Source of the DNA: Coniocarpon cinnabarinum
Taxonomy: Eukaryota
Direction: 5' to 3'
Assembly: GCA_051942205.1 (NCBI GenBank)
Contig: JAVECO010000093.1
Coordinates: forward strand, 1-64,000
Length of the DNA stretch: 64,000 nt
Part shown: positions 61,973 through 64,000 of the stretch, in pieces
Numbering within the stretch: position 1 is the first letter of the stretch
Layout of the letters: each line of letters opens with the position of its first letter
The notes under the pieces: model-generated
Databases searched by the model: none
What the model was told of the DNA's origin: nothing
The model's input: only the letters and a program-made list of their open reading frames with translations
Made by a program: the position numbers and the translations under genes

Positions 61973-64000
61973 ATGAAGTGGTTCTCGATCTTCTCAGCGG
62001 CGTCGCTCTTCGCAGCGGTGGCTGCGCTGCCACACACGACTAATTATGTCGTTCATGAGCGTCGCGAGGCCAAGAAGCTCAATTCATGGCAGAAGCGCGC
62101 CACATTACAGCCGCGAGACAAGCTTCCAATGCGCATTGGTTTGACGCAAAGCAATCTTGACCGCGGCCATGACCTGCTCATGGAAGTGTAAGTGTCGTCT
62201 TTTGCATAGGTCGTGCAACATGCCTCTAGACCTCGCGCCCACAGGTCATAGTACAAATCACCTTTTCTGATAGATCGCTAATCCCTCGTGCAGGTCGCAT
62301 CCGACCTCGCCAAAGTTTGGGCAATGGTATTCCACCAAGGAGATCCATGACCTCTTCGCCCCAACGGCGGACGCTGTCGACAAGGTTGTGGCATGGCTTG
62401 TCTCGAACGGCGTTCCAAGCAACAGCATCAGTCAATCTGCCAACAAGCAATGGGTACAGTTTGACTCGAGGGTGGACGACGCAGAGAAACTCCTGAAGAC
62501 CAAATATCACGTTTGGGAACACGAGCCTTCTGGTGCGACTAACATCGCCTGTGACGAATACTCTTTGCCAGAGAACATTCGTGAGCATGTAGACTACGTC
62601 AGTCCTGGTACGTTTGCGCGCGATATCAGCTCGTCTACTGCTGGTCAACATGTACCATTCTAATGAGCTACGCGTAGGCATCAAACTCCACACAAAGAGC
62701 GGCCTTCCTGCTCGGCACCGTATGCCAAAGCGCAACGTGGAGAAGCGAACCTTCTTCACAGCCCCCAGCGGTGGCGACGGCAACAAGCAACCGCCCATCA
62801 AAGCTCCGTTGCCGATGCCCTTCAATGAGCTCATGAGTGAGGCGAATTCGAACTTTTCCGTCATATGTGGCTTTACCATCACGCCGGAATGTATACAAGC
62901 CTTGTACAACTTCACGGCTGGCGACAAGAAGGCCGAGGGCAATGAGCTTGGCATTTTCGAGGACCTTGGAGATGTCTTTGCTCAAGAAGATCTGGATCGT
63001 AAGCTCACCCACTGTATGTTGCCATAGTGCTCTACTGACAATCATCTAGTCTTCTTCTCAACTGTGTACCCTACCATTCCGGTGGGCACAACTCCCACTC
63101 TGGACTTGATCGATGGAGCAGTTGCCCCAACGGATGTGGCTGACGCTGGGCCGGAGTCGGACCTGGACTTTCAGATCAGCTACCCCATCATCTATCCACA
63201 AAATTCAATTCTCTTTCAAACCGATGACCCGGTCTACGAAGCAAACTACACTTTTGAAGGGTTCTTGAACAACTTCTTGGATGCCATTGACGGATCGTAC
63301 TGCACGTACTCGGCCTTCGGTGAAACTGGCAACAGCCCCCTGGATCCCCCCTATCCCGACCCATCCAACGCCACCGGTGCCTACAAGGGTGAGCTTCAAT
63401 GTGGTGTCTACAAGCCTACTAATCAAATCTCCATCTCGTATGGAGGCCAAGAGTACGACTTGCCCTCGAGCTACCAGCAACGCCAGTGCAATGAGTACAT
63501 GAAACTGGGCATGCAAGGCGTCTCCATCCTCGTCTCCTCTGGGGATTCTGGTGTCGCTGGTCGGGCTGGTGACGATAACCGCAACGGCTGCCTTGGACCA
63601 AACGCTACTATATTTAGTCCGGACTTCCCTTCGTCATGTCCGTACCTCACCGCCGTCGGCGGTACGGTACTCCCACGTGGAGCCAATGTGTTCGCAGACG
63701 AGGAAACTGCTGTGACAAGATTCCCCTCGGGAGGAGGCTTTTCGAACATCTACGCCATCCCCGATTACCAATCCGCAGCTGTGTCCAACTACCTGACCAA
63801 CTACGACCCGGGCTATCCGTCTTACAGCTCAGTCAATAACGACAGCTTTGGTGCCAACGGAGGCATCTACAACCGCAACGGCCGTGCCTACCCGGACGTT
63901 TCGGCTATTGGTGACAACGTCTTAATCTACAACGCGGGTGTGCCTACGTTAATTGGCGGTACCAGCGCCAGTGCACCAACGTGGGGTGGCATTGTCACGA
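61973..64000 (+). CDS. Secreted S53 sedolisin (tripeptidyl-peptidase/aorsin-like); truncated by the window end
   Basis: Signal peptide MKWFSIFSAASLFAAVAA, pro-domain (MRIGLTQSNL..VSHPTSPKFG), catalytic ESDLD, SSGDSG, GRAYPDVSA and GGTSASAP; three introns. Confidence 0.92.

Overview
Gene-dense, intron-containing DNA from a filamentous ascomycete (Pezizomycotina). The class cannot be fixed from this window. It holds about 25 protein-coding genes and one clear pseudogene, with mostly short (about 50-60 nt) introns. Conserved genes: a Syp1-like F-BAR protein (cut by the window edge), a RING-ankyrin protein, a SET-domain protein, a Csk1/Cak1-like kinase, a PXA/PX protein, Pol5, an NTF2-like protein, 5-oxoprolinase, a GPI mucin-like protein, an Msc2-like Zn transporter, Alg1, mitochondrial SHMT, eIF2-gamma, AP-2 sigma, a 1-Cys peroxiredoxin, Ubp14, a giant coiled-coil protein and an S53 sedolisin (cut by the window edge). 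There are two accessory islands. The first (13.3-15.8 kb) holds an HWALFV...SQAW paralog pair, one copy decayed. The second (38.7-45 kb) holds a tandem orphan gene family and a 124-bp hAT-type MITE with an 8-bp TSD. Top observation: an otherwise intact NDR/AGC kinase (45299-47698, minus) has a single in-frame TAG exactly at the first Trp of the conserved subdomain-IX DWWS motif. This is the pattern of the premature stop corrected by A-to-I mRNA editing in Fusarium graminearum PUK1 and Neurospora stk-21. No tRNA, rRNA or CRISPR array was recognised. Exon coordinates were derived by hand and no database searches were run.
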